64,000 nt of DNA from Paraspadella gotoi. Taxonomy: Eukaryota; Animalia; Chaetognatha. Made by a program: the position numbers and the translations under genes. The notes under the pieces were generated by a model, which worked only from the letters and a program-made list of their open reading frames with translations, was not told where the DNA came from and did not search any database. The stretch lies in the NCBI GenBank assembly GCA_051294375.1, contig CM119264.1:15649473-15713472 (forward strand), written 5' to 3'. This document shows, piece after piece, positions 1 through 13,277 of this stretch (position 1 is the first letter of the stretch; each line of letters starts with the position of its first letter).

Positions 1-540
1 GACGAAAAAGATTTTCCTTTAGTTTCTTATTAAATAAAAATTTCATTCTTCTCTCCTTTATTTTTATGTTAAATAAAAATTTCGCGATAATAACTGGACT
101 ATTTCACTTTAACCTGACCGTAAGATATGTAAATGGCTAAATACAAGAAAAGAAAAATTTTGCGAGCCCTTCAGACATATGGCTATGGGATTCCTGAATT
201 TGAAGTTTATTGTAAAATGGCAACATACCTTAAATGCGTTGACATTGTATTGAAGTTGAGAAATCCCTTTATTTTATATATAAAAATTGCGTTAAAAATA
301 TTTTCCCGAGCGGACCAGTCCATTTGAATTGGATGATTTGATGTCAAAATGATGGTTATTTGTCAAGAGAAAAAAAAATGCGAGCCCTTTAGATGTAACA
401 GGATCGGAATCGAGTGTTTTTACATCTATTTTTTACCTGAATTTTTCCCAGGAGCGTTGACATTATTTGGTAGTCAGATTTTAACGAAAATCTCCATTGA
501 AAAAGTCTTCCTCGATTTCTAAGAACGACGTAGACTCCTA
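1..540. mobile_element. Partial copy of the TAGG..CCTA-terminated hAT-like element family
   Basis: Ends GTAGACTCCTA at 540. Similar to 19640-20030 and, inverted, to 16167-16640. Bases 1-161 are repeated at 2929-3091. Confidence 0.65.
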
Positions 541-1373
541 TGTTTCCTGTCATTAGCTCGTCTGACGGATTCTTAAGTTGTTAAATTTCGCGTTTATTTC
601 GATACAATACTTATTTTTTTGTGCCAGGTCAATAATAAGGTCAATTATTTGCTCTATTCCTGAATCCTGACCCGGGTCAATGTCGCGGCTTAGTTTGCCC
701 AGACGGTGAGGGGTGAGGGTGAGGGGTCAGAAAAGGTGGCAACGAATCGAGGTCTGGAGTCAGTGAGATAAAAGTTGTTCTTCCAGAAATTAAGTACAGT
801 AAGTGCTATAGCCTCGGCTAAAACTTTCTATCTCCATGAAGCCCGTGATCATAACGAATTAATGTATTTTGTAGTAAGGTGTTGTGTGAAGAGTTGTTTG
901 TTAAGATCCTTCAAAGGCAAATAGTAAGTTCATGTCAAATAATCATAATTCATTGCAAGTAATAACATACTAAGTAGGCTCCATCCGGGGAGTGTAGAAA
1001 AACCGATGTTCATCTCTCGTTCATCTCTCGTTCATTTCTCGTTCATCTCTCGTCAGCGGGCGATCCCTGGCGTTCACTTAGACTGTACTGAGCTTTTCTA
1101 CTCCGTAGTTACGTATTCAACAAAAGATCAGTGTTTATACGTCGACGCCAAGTATCGCGCGCGTACGATCTCTCTAACAAATAATACTATAATATAAAAA
1201 ATCTAAACTTCCGAGACCAAATAATTCGTTTGTACTGCGTTTTTTTTCAAATAAAAATTTGATAGAGCAATGCTCACATTTCTCTCGGTGAATATAGAAG
1301 CCAAAATCTCGTTTACATAATTTATAATCTGGCAAATTTATTTAATATGNNNNNNNNNNNNNNNNNNNNNNNN

Positions 1374-2199
1374 NTGTGTCTCATTTATGTATGACAAAAA
1401 ATACAGGAGTTCCAGGTAAAAAAAATGTATTGTCCAAAAAAATGCTTCCTTCATTTTTATCACTTTTATATTTATATTTTTTATTTATACTCANNNNNNN
1501 NNNTTTTTTATTATTTTTTTAGTTCAACCAACACTATTAAAAATCCCTGCCTTTTCTCAGTCTCATGTCAAATGGTTTATTGCATTATCTCCATTAGGAT
1601 AGATTCAGGAATGAATCTTAATTCATATGTCAAAAAAGAACAATATTAAAATTACATTGATGCTGTAGATGTTACAGAATATTAATTTTAAATTGTAAAA
1701 TATTAATAAAAGTTATAAGACACTGAGTAACCTTTCTGTAAGTAAAGTTATCATTTTTATTTACCTTTGGATGTATTATCAAGTATCAACAAGTCTAAAA
1801 ATAAAAAAAATACAGATTTTGTTGAAGTAAAAGACAATGAATTATCACATTATGCAGTAACAACTCAAGCCTTGTTTACTTATAGAGGATCAATCTTTTG
1901 CACTGCTTGCTAAGGACCATTTTTTGCCCCCAAATCTGATAAAAAATATCATGTCAGAGATATTATTTTAACAATAATATTAGTAGTTCTCTTAATCAAA
2001 AAGAAGTGAAAACAGTNNNNNNNNNNCTCTTTTGGAAGTATTTGAATGCATTAAATAATTTAATACTGTTAAGAAATAATTATTTTATTCAGTNNNNNNN
2101 NNNTCATATTACCTATTAAAACTTGTTTTTTGGCCAAAAAATATATTTGATAATAAAACTGGCTTTTCCAAACNNNNNNNNNNTTTTTTTCCATCATGG
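1374..2199. mobile_element. Partial copy of the CCATGATGGAAAA-TIR element (Tc1/mariner-type, TA target)
   Basis: Right terminus TTTTTTTCCATCATGG|TA. The body resembles 53500-54260. The left end lies in or near an N gap. Confidence 0.6.
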
Positions 2200-2974
2200 T
2201 AAGATGATGACTCATCCATTAATTCCAACTCCTCAATTTTATCCCCAGCCTCCTCCAAGAAGGCATCCGTATCAATTTCAGAAGCAATAAAATCCATCTG
2301 AATAGTAATAGGTCAAATCATTAATAAAATTTATGATATTTATCAATATTCTAAAGTATAATTTATAGATTAAACCTACCGTTTTTTCTTTTTCCCACTT
2401 CTATTTCTGCCTCCGAAACTTTTCATTCTCATCGACTTTATTTTGCTCTTGTCGTTCTTGTTCCCTGACTTGGTCTCGATGAATGAGATCCACCCCAGCC
2501 ATACGAGCAATGCCTTGTCTTTCGCCGCGAATTACTTGCCACCAAATGAGCATTTTGCGCATGAGCGTCAAAGTATTTTGACATGGACGCGATGAAGTCT
2601 TCTCACATTTTGGCATAGGTTGGCGAAAGAGTCATCCCATCGCTTCGGGTACGCTTTGAAACTGGATACGTGGTGGTTCGACTTTAAAGATAATATTATC
2701 ATTATCTTATTTAATTTTAATTTCCTTGTCTTGTCCTTGTTCCTTGTCTCTCCCAACCATCCAAAGTTTTATTTGTTTGTTNNNNNNNNNNTATTATCTG
2801 CTCTGCAATTCTGTCGCTCTCTGCCACTGCTGCTGCCGCATTAACTCCCAATGCCGAGCCGAAGCTGCACTCGTCAGCTGAATCAAGATAAACAGGAAAA
2901 AAAAGAACATCGGTTTTGCTAGTAACCTGACGAAAAAGATTTTCCTTTAGTTTCTTATTAAATAAAAATTTCAT
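2200..2974 (-). pseudogene. Disrupted spliced coding remnant, possibly the N-terminus of a hAT-type transposase
   Basis: GC-richer exon-like blocks with a phase-consistent intron (ACG|GTAGGT 2379 to TTCAG|ATG 2298). In-frame TAG at 2403-2401. Interrupted by a TIR element at 2199 and lying just inside a hAT-like end. Confidence 0.35.
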
Positions 2975-3191
2975 TCTTCTCTCCTTTATTTTTATGTTAA
3001 ATAAAAATTTCGCGATAATAACTGGACTATTTCACTTTAACCTGACCGTAAGATATGTAAATGGCTAAATACAAGAAAAAGAAAAATTTTGNNNNNNNNN
3101 NNNNNNNNNNNNNNNNNNNNNNNNNNNNNNNNNNNNNNNNNNNNNNNNNNNNNNNNNNNNNNNNNNNNNNNNNNNNNNNNNNNNNNNNNNN

Positions 3192-6100
3192 GACGCGCAT
3201 TACATGCCACGAACATGCATTCGGCGGTCTTACTATACCGATTCCAGCACGTCTCGTCATGAGAATCGCCGCCTCCTCGGCACAAGATATACAGGCCGAG
3301 GCGATTACTCTTCATCCAGGTATTTCGTATAGACGAGAACAGATGCTACACGTCTTTCGACGTATTGACGGTGCGTTTGAAGACGACGCCTGTCACCTTA
3401 AACGGCGCCTTCTTTATTAACTCAAGGTACACATCTTGGGTGCGAAAAAGTTTCCCCAGATATGTCTCGCGAAATTACACACGCTGAAAGACGCACGCCG
3501 AGTCGCATTGAGAGGCGATGCATCTCCCATTGGAAAATGTGGCTCAGATCAGCAGGCCTGATCATCAACACAGTTATCCTATGTTCGCATGACCTTTCTC
3601 GAGATCTATCCCCGGACGTCCATTTCCGGCGCAGGGTGATCTGAAAGGAAGGACTTGCAACGGCATATGCTCTCCATGTCGGGCCGAGGTCAACTTCGAC
3701 CTGTACCACAATGGAATCACCTTTCGACTCGTCGGCCTGAGCAAAGGTGTCTAGTCAATGAACGAACCAAGAGCATAAGGTTATCGACCGGAGAAAAATC
3801 ACTTACAGAGCGGAAAACAGTACAACGATAAAGACCACGATACATTTATTTGACCAAGTGGTACTATCCGGTACACGCTTATACTTATTTAAACGCGAAC
3901 GTTTTCTCCTTACGGCAGGTTGAACGAGTGAACAACGCAGTAGCGTAAAAAGCTGCCTGACGAAGCAACGACAACTTTCCTCTCTAACAATGCGAGTCTG
4001 TTCGACCCAGTTAGCGCGCACTGGCGTTTCACCATTTATTCTCAAAGGATCGGAAGCTTGCTCCAACGCACACATAAGCCCACAGCAAGCAGCCGCGATC
4101 AAAACTCGCAACTTAAGGCAGATCATCCGCTGCCCGACGATGCATCATCAAAGAATTAACGCGCCTGGCAGAAGCGATCAGATGCCCACAAACTGAAGGA
4201 CTTTGAAATGAAAAATCTAGGCGATGGATACGCCGACACAGGGAAAAAACTGGGACGACACAGACAAAGGGCTGCAGCGTACCACGTTTATGCAGACGCC
4301 AAGTCCATGTAGGGTTATGACTGTATCTGCTTTATAACGTCGTTACCTTTTGCCTCCAGAAATTGGCAGGAGCAAATCTCATAGTAGCTTTTGTTTTTAT
4401 CTAGTGAGCCGAACTACGTATAACACTCACCTAGCATTCCGGCAAAAAGGCATCGCACGCACCCAATATCCTACCTCCCGCTGTTTTGGCAGCCTCACAG
4501 CCAGCCATGTTCACTACGTGCAGCACGAGAAGTCAGACATACCATCTGATTCGAGGCAATCGCCCCTCCCAACGAAAAGTTTAAAGGCTACATTGGTTCA
4601 TGTGGACAGACTTCCCTGCAGACCGTATTGAAAAACAAATCATGTCGATAAAGAAAATTCCAAAATCTATGCACGGCAATTTTTATAAAAATCGTATAGT
4701 GTCTGCTTATTTAGCCGGAACTGCAATACGGACCGTTCAGCGATATGAGATACGTACATACGGACGAGATCCGGCCGACGCCAAATTGCAGCCGCTGGGG
4801 TCTATGCGATCAGACCACGCATTACCAAGGTGCCGGCACGCTTCACGGCCCGCGGTCTCCTGATTTCCCTTCGTACCGCCACGCCGACAGCAAGACAAAT
4901 TGTGATCGCGGTAAACAGCAAGCTACTCACCCAATGACGCGTTAGCAGTAGCCGACCATGGCTTGGCGATCCGAAGTACCAGCAGAACAGAACATCAGGA
5001 GGCGATCGAACGACGACGAGGCAAACCAAACAGACAAACTGGGTTTTTGCGCGATCGCCAAAAACAAACGCTACGGATACGCGCAAAAACAACTATCTGA
5101 TCGCCGCTGGGAATGAAAAAAAATCTACAACCCGTTGGATTGAAATGCAGAGCAAGAGCATTTGAAAACGGAATATCGACATGCCTCCACCAGCACCAAA
5201 AAAATTCGTACTACGACCGTTAAAGGAAACGAAAAGATGACAGAAAAAATGCCTTGTGTCGCAGCCACTACAGCCAAAAGTTACTCACGAGCGCGAAAAC
5301 TAGAATATAACCAGAACTCAAGGAAAAAAAGGGCATACATTACAAAACCGGACGCAACGGCGCGGAGTACGACTTAAAAAATCGAAGCCTATCCGCAATC
5401 GCTCAATACCGTTTCTCGACGACGATGAAGGACATTATCGGACCATGTGTTGGCAACAGCTCAAGCGGCTAGAATCGCGAAAAGCCAACCTTCCGTCACA
5501 AGCACCCGCATCCATACCGATCAGATACCTTGTCGCCCCAAGAAAAAGCAGAAATAAGACAACGTCGCAATAGCATGACTGACATAACGTCACACTTACA
5601 CACAGCTTTTACTACGGAAGGAGACACTAGGCGCACCAGGCGTCGAGCAAGTACATGTCCGTGCCAGCTTCCAACGCCCGCTCCTTCTTTCTTTTCCAGT
5701 TCGCTGCCGGCAGGTATTTAATGCCTGCTGCTGCGACGGTTGCGGTCAGATCTTGCCAAAGAAACTTTTCGTCTCCCCTTGCCCGACCGCAAGAAACAAA
5801 TGCCGAAGAGAACCATTACCAGTCCGATCAACGCTCGACTCAATGCGAGCACCTTTCGAAAGCAAACGGGCGACATCTGTACTGTCGCACGCGTTTCGGC
5901 CCGTTTCGCCTGTCGTAATCACCGGCAGGCACGCCAGGCAGCGCGAAACGCATGGGTCGATTCCTACATTCAGATTGCATGAAGCATGCCTGCAATGCGG
6001 CTTGCTCAACCTTGAGGTTTATGCGAAACGGTACACACGCTTATCAGCGCTTTCATCCTGCTCTATTCAAATCGCTCTCGTCAGACGCATTCAACGACAT

Positions 6101-6865
6101 GCCGTCCGCGACCAGGCTCCAAACGCTCTCTACGAGCGCACAAATAGCGAAAAGCAATTTCCACAGGCGGCGCGAATGCGGGAGCTCAGGGCGCGCTGGA
6201 TACGAAACGAGATGGAAAAACGAAACAGAATTTCTTTCGGAAGCTAATGGATCGTAATACGCTATAGATGTTACTCTTTTCGTATTCTTAGGAGATTTCA
6301 CTTCCTTTTTCTTTTCCTATACCAGATATTCTTGAGGCACCACTACATACTAAGATACTTTAAGCGAACTTTTCCGCCCTCGTTCACAAGGACTGTCTTT
6401 CTTTTTACCGAGCGGGCTTTTTATGGACCCCTTCACGTCTAACTGGTCACGTCACCTTTTCGATGTACGTTTACAGACAGATCATAGAGATGCATGGCCA
6501 TTCAGAGGCCCAGACGTGTGCAGGACCACACTCTCGGCGACTCGTGTAATGCGCTCCCGTGGTCAGACTGCTAGTTCAACTCATACGCACTCCGTTGTAC
6601 GCGAACTTGTGCGCTCCATTTATCCATTGGCGACCACACCCGCGTTGCACGCACATACCTACGCACCCGACCACGGCAACCACGAACGTCTTCGGACGCA
6701 CGCGCGGCCGGCACGTACAGACGGCGGCACCAGCCCACTCCCCAGCCAACAGTCCAGCGAGCGGACGCCAGTGGAAGGACTACATCTCCTCACGTAGACG
6801 CAGCCCGACCAGCGCGCGAAAGCAAGAGGCGAGCTTCGTGGCACACACACGGCACAGTGTTCATA
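3192..6865. other. GC-rich (about 50%) block without long ORFs, next to an N gap; possibly a noisy-read copy of a retroelement or foreign DNA
   Basis: Abrupt change in composition. The only hint is a weak integrase-like CHEHAFGG near 3204. Confidence 0.3.
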
Positions 6866-7372
6866 GCATGTCATTTTATTTTATGTTAGTATGTCTTTTT
6901 CAGTACTTATTATGTTTGATTTGGTTTATTTTGTTGCATCACTGTCAACATCAGTCGATAAGTCTTTTTTGTGCTAAATATCATTATAGTATAGCATAGC
7001 AATAACATTTTTTATTGGGTCACGGTCATCATTATTGCGACATTTTTATTAATTTATAGTGTCAATATCGTTATAACGTCATTCTCTGTGCTGTATGTCT
7101 TTGAATATTTTATAAGATCACGGACATCGTTAATGTCATTACGTCATTTTATATGCTGTAGGACTGATTATTTTATAGTGTCACAGTGAAAATTAACATT
7201 TTTTTGCTGCTTTTGTATATGAAATTGGTGCAACCAATATAAAAATTATCCATTCATTAAATAAATAAGCTAATAAGCTATAATATGTAATTTAAAAAAA
7301 TCATGCATTTTAAAAAAATCTTTAGCATAACAGTATAGCAAATTGTATTTTCTTTATAGTAATATCCTTATA

Positions 7373-7573
7373 GAGAAATGCAAAGTTTTTGAATGTGGTA
7401 CAACGAATTTATTTGGAAATACGGACATGTTTCGGCTCACAATTTCGAGCCTTCATCAGCGTTTGTGAGCCGAAACATGTCCGTATTTCCAAATAAATTC
7501 GTTGTACCACATTCAAAAACTTTGCATTTCTCTATATCCTAATAACAACGAAAACGAAAGGTTTATCGCATCA
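7373..7573 (-). mobile_element. Penelope-type fold-back element with a minimal hammerhead ribozyme
   Basis: About 70-bp perfect inverted arms, 15-bp TSD AGTAATATCCTTATA (7358-7372 / 7574-7588), tail AACAACGAAAACGAAAG. Confidence 0.8.
7421..7462 (-). ncRNA. Minimal type I hammerhead ribozyme
   Basis: ACG-CUGAUGA-A-GGCUC-loop-GAGCC-GAA-ACAUGU-C|CGU: intact core, stem II, palindromic stem III, GUC cleavage site and a short stem I. Confidence 0.8.
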
Positions 7574-7787
7574 AGTAATATCCTTATAAATTTCTAAAAT
7601 TTAAAATAGATTTTTTTAAAATTTCGGATTTGTCAGAAAAAAATAAAAAAACTTTTATAAAATATGTTGTATTGTGGCGGTATATTCACATCGCCTCACG
7701 TCCATCATCGTTCAGTCATCCCAGGTAGGGTTCCGTTAACCGTTAATTTTTGAGGAACTTCGNNNNNNNNNNNNNNNNNNNNNNNNN

Positions 7788-8386
7788 TTCCATTTTTTAA
7801 AATTTGGCGGTATCCTATAAAATGGTCCATACTAAACCAATGGATTTGGGCTGAACGATGATGGACGTGAGGCGGTGTGAATATACCGCCACAGGATCCC
7901 CAGGCCAAAACATCACTCAGGTTCCTCAAAGCCTGAGAAGTATCTGACAAGACTGTTATTATAGAGTATTAGAGAGATAGAGCGTGAGTTTGTCGTTAAT
8001 GTACCCAAAGTTGGCAGGGCTATGATGGTTGTTCAGGATGAGCGTACCCTGAAAAGTTGCGTGTTTGATAGTAGGGCTCACCACTTTTGTAGCAACAGCT
8101 GGGTTCGCCCTAGTGATACTCATTGGTCGGATGGTGGGCTATTTTCACTTGTGTTGGTTTGGGGGCTTCCCGACGCTCTGTGACGCGCCTCCAGTCACTG
8201 GCGGTATATCCCTAGAGCTGGCCTCGCTTTCCACCAAGCGCGAGGGGCGGAAGTCGGAGGACTGTGGGTATGGAATCTCTCCGCCTGTGATTGTTGCCTT
8301 CTGGCATGGATTGTTTTCCCTTCAAATCCTTTGACATGTTTGCTGAACGATTGCATGGAGTCGAGGCATGTGAATATTACGCCACA
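7788..8386 (-). mobile_element. TRIM, family D (3' LTR broken by an N gap)
   Basis: 5' LTR TGTGGCG..TTGCTACA (8386-8088), PBS TGGTGAGCCCTACT at 8083, GGGGATCC PPT, second LTR start at 7893. Shares the PBS and an LTR motif with family C. Confidence 0.7.
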
Positions 8387-9334
8387 ATACAATCATATTT
8401 TATAAAAGTTTTTTATTTTTTTGCTGACAATCCGGAAACTTTAAATAAAATCAAAAAAGACTTATCGACTGATGTTGACCAGTGATGCAAACAAAATTAA
8501 ACCAAACTCAAACATAAATAAAGTACTGAAAAGACATACTAACATACTAACATAAAATGACATATGAATCTAAAGGACAAATGATTTAAAAAAATTGATA
8601 AGTATGACTTTGATATAATTTGACTTGGGTAAATTGACTAACGTAAAAAAAGACGTAGATAATAACCAATCACCAATTACAGCATAACCATGACATAAAT
8701 TGCGTAAAGTTTAATAAACTGAAAAAGCTGTCATGAATTTAAAGTAAACAAAAAGTGAAGCGAATAATATAATAAATAAACTAAAGGTGGTAACTAAATA
8801 AGTGGCATAAATAAGTAAAATAAATTTAGATAAATACCTAAAATGATGCACTTGTCTTAAATACGTTATCGTTAAATGTATTAGGTTTAGAGTGCTATAA
8901 GGTTTAAGGTTAAGGGTTTAGTGCCTAAGTTATAATAGAATAATAATAATAAAAACGAAAGTAATAACAAGTTTTGAAATAATGTTATGTTACACTTAAA
9001 CTTTTCTTATTTAAGTTTAACGAATTGTAACTAAGTTTATATTTGTCACCAAAAATTTAAAATCTACATTATTATTTACGTATATTATTTAATTATAATT
9101 GTAAATGTTGTCACTATGAAACAAAATTCAGCTTATTTTAAAGGAAAAAATATTTTACCAAGTCACGGTCTTAACTCATTAGATTATTGCAAATTGCCAA
9201 ATTATAATTTGGATTTGATTTCAAATTCTACTGAACAAACAAGAGACAACGTTTTAATAAAGCTTTTTTCCTTCTGAAAAAATTAATATTATTTTTTCAT
9301 TTTTTATAAATTTTATTATTCGCCAAAAATAATT

Positions 9335-9544
9335 TCTTTGGAGCTGGAGGTAGTTGGGACCTCTTTTTTGCCCGCTCCGACTCCAGCTCCAGCTCCGCCA
9401 AGATAAATCTCAGCTCCAGCTCCGCTCCCGATCCGGTAAGTTAAAAATAAATTCGCCTCCACTGCCAGCCCGCCCCGGCCAAATATTGCCAGCTCCGGGA
9501 GCTGACTCGAGCTCCAGCTCCAGCTCCAAGCTTCCACATCCCTG
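9335..9544. mobile_element. End of a hAT-like MITE with GGAGCT/AGCTCC subterminal repeats
   Basis: Clustered CTCCAG repeats ending in TCCACATCCCTG (CAGGGATG-type terminus). The other end was not found. Confidence 0.45.
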
Positions 9545-12500
9545 GATAATTGTATATTATTGGTTATCCAATCCAAAACTGTATATTACTCACAAATTAT
9601 AATTAAATCACTAGAGAATAAACATAACATTTCCATTTTTTACCTCAAACAAAACGCAACCATAAGAAAGGAAAATCGCATGGCTTGTTGCTGTCCTACA
9701 TGTCGGCTAAAACTTCTATAGCGCCCGGGGATTTTGCGTTTTTGTCCGGTGATCTGTTCCATTCTTATGAGCGATCCGTATTAAAGGCTCGCTAACGTAA
9801 TCCAATAAAAATTACATAGCGATACTGGTAAGTAAACAAACTTTATTATTAAATAACCAACAACCTCCCTTAACCCATTACTACCCTAATAAGTCCCCCA
9901 ACCCCTAGACTACCCCCTAATCCCCAACCCCTAACACAAGGCGGGCCAAAAATACACACCCACAACTTAATTCTCTTCAATAAAAATCCCCTTTCAACTA
10001 AATCGAACAATTTGCCAACTTTTGTGAAAAATTAGTTCATTTGTCCCCAAATTTTAAAAATTGAACAAAGCAAACTTCTGTAGTTTTTACATAAAGCAAT
10101 TGGTAAAAATATTTTTTCACTGATTTTTTTTAAAAAAAAGTTTAAATTATATATTTTTTATTATTTATAAAATATTTTTTTATAATATTGATTAAATAAT
10201 GTTTTAAATCTTTTCTTTAGATGCAGGACAGTGAAAAACAACTTTATATTTTTTAGCTCCAGAGCTTTTATAATGCAATAATCATTATTTTTAAAATTAT
10301 TTACTTACCTTGTTCATTTTACTTTTTTAATTGATTTAATAATAATTTATTGAATAAATAGCAACAATTTTGTTCTGGCTTTATGATTCAATCGCTCACA
10401 ACTTCATATAAAAAAATTTAAATATCAAATTAATTAGCATATTTTGATAAATTTTTATATTGTTTTTAATATTTGTTTATTTCTTTTTATTAATGCACTT
10501 ATTTTATACAAATTAAAATTTAAATAATTTATATCTATTCAAAATATTTTTTTACATACTTTTTTTAATAAAATTTATTGTAAAGTAAAAAAGTTATCTA
10601 AAAATTAAAAAAGTGAGAAATGATGAATCATTTAAATTGAATGTTCTGCAAAGAAAAATTCATAAAAATTGAATTCGAAATAGAGTATCATAAATGGTAA
10701 GAACTTATCTTTGGCATTGTTATCTCAGAAATAACATTTAATAACAAAGTTCCGCACAATATGTAAAAGTTAACCGACAGTACCATTGGGACACACTGTA
10801 GTTACTACTTCAGAGAGTTAAAAAGTTGAGAATTTTGACCTTTTTTTCCAATTTTGACACTGAATACAAAAAAAATTTATGATAACGTTTTATATTTTTG
10901 GTTTAATTTTTTACAAAAAATCTGAAACATTAATAAAAATTAAAGAAAATTTATTTTGAAAATTTCTTATTTTATAAAGATAATACTATAAATATATTGC
11001 ATGCCATAAATACACGGGCTAAGAAAGTTATTTTAGGTAATACTTGGCAGACTGGTAAGTCATTACTAAATGCTTCTTGTGCATGTGTTTCATATTTGTG
11101 TAGTCAGTTGGCACATACTGTCATATAGTGTAGGCTGGAACCCCGAACTCAGTATATTTCTTGTAATGTCTGGTTGTTTGTAATGAAACTTTGCACAGTA
11201 GTGATCAATTATAAAACTTTTTTTAAAATAATTTTCTAATCATGTGATCCACATGGAAATACACATGAAAAGAAAGTCACTGGGCGCAAAACAATGGATG
11301 ACCGATCTTGTTTTGTTTATGCAACAATTTTATTTTAAAAAGGAGAAAAAGGGAAAATTTTAAACTTTAGATGATAGTCTTCATTAGCGCAAAAAAATTA
11401 ATAAATCATTTGTGAAAATTTTTGACAAAGTATTAAGGTTTGCGTGTGTGAAACGTGAAAGAGGGAGAGAGATAGAGGTTTCCAAAAAAAAAATAAGAAA
11501 AAAGACAGTGGGAGGTTAAAGACAGTTAAGAATAAGTAACTAAAAAAGTGAGGGAATTGAAAAGAAAGGAAAGATAGTTGAGATAAGTTAATAATATATT
11601 AGATAGACAAGTTATCTGGTCTTGTTTTATAATATTATTTTAAATATTTTTACATTTACTGATAGGAAAATGATTGTCAATATTGTTGATGAACATTTCA
11701 AATTCAATCGACCCACGCGTTGAAAAATAAATCTACAAAAAAAATGGTCATTTTCCACGCCCAAATTTTAAAACAAATTCTGCGTCCCCGTTAAATTTTC
11801 TTTTTGGTTCCACTTTAAATTTTAGCTTTTTTGCGGTGACTTCATTGCGTAAATAAAAAAATTGATTTTCTTTGATATCTTTTTTTAAACCAAAAATGAT
11901 AGAACGATTGAAACACTGGTCATCATATTAAAGCCATAATTATGGGGCATCTTTTCCAATATAATTTTTCTCAAAATAAATTTCCACGATATTTCTTTTA
12001 AAAATCTGGTCATCGGAATCTAGTCAAAGTATAACAATTGAAAATTAAATTAACACACTTGCCTTTGTATTAAAAAATAATAAATATATATTCTGAAGAG
12101 ATAGAAAGATGAATAGGTTTCCTATATAAAACTAAAATTTTTCTATACCTCAAATGTTTATATAATTACTCAGGATAATGGAAATTATCATTTTTGTTGA
12201 AAACAAAAAAATTTTAAAAAAATTCATGAAAGGAACCTTAAAAAACATATTGATTTAAATATGAAAATTTAGGAGTTCAAACTTTGTTCAGTCTGATTTA
12301 AAAAACTAACTGACATAGGCTATAAAAGGCTATATTATTCAGATTTTTTAAATTTTATCATCTTCAGGTGCAAATTAAAACCTTTGCATAATGACCATTA
12401 GCTATATTAATATAACTAAATTTTTTATTTTAAAAAAAGCATAACAATCTTTTAAATAACACGCAAATGCATGTAGCTGTGATGGTAAAATTGCTTGTTT

Positions 12501-13277
12501 TATTTTTTTATAATACATGGCTTTTTACATAAAGGGGTAAATTGCAAAGAAAATATAAGTTATTTCAAGGCTCCATATTTGATACCTATAGATATCAATA
12601 ATTTTCTTCTTCCAAGGCAACGAAATGTACCTAAGACATTGTAGTTTCATTAGCTAATCTCTTTAATTTTTATAATTTTAAAGGGCGTGTTTGCAAAACA
12701 GTAAGAAAAACAAAAATTACAACAAATTTGAGAAAAAAATTTGAGATTAAATTACATTATTTCTTCCTATGTCCGTCAATTTATTTTTTTTTCGTTATGT
12801 GCTTGAAAGTTAGCTTAACCCAACAGAATCGGAATCAGTGATGTGACCGCTGTATATTTAATTGACTTATACAGTAAATACGCAAGCAAAATAAAAAAAA
12901 AAAATTAAAAATAATTCAGACCAAAGCCGCTCGTGTTTATTTATTTCCAGTTATTTTTTAAGTCAAGACCTTTATGGATTTTCTTTGTTCCGGTGCGGCT
13001 TGGATAGCCCAAACACTTGCATTTTCAGAAATCATCCCCCCATGTTTTGTAATATTAACTGCGCTAACTGTAGATGCAAAAAAATTGCTAGGAACCAAAA
13101 ATTATCAGAGAGAAACCGCTTCGTTTTCTTTCGGATTTTTTTTTAAGCGCGGAGCGACATATCTAATATATATTAACAATTTAAATTTGCAAACATTATC
13201 ATTTTAAATAATAAATTGTAAAAGTAACAATAAACTACATTAAAGAGAAGAGAGTTAGTAAAAAATAAGAGAAAAAA

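Noticed and set aside
2929-3091. Real tandem segmental duplication of 1-161
   Set aside because: It abuts an N gap and belongs to a repeat family, so it cannot be distinguished from an assembly overlap or a second TE copy.
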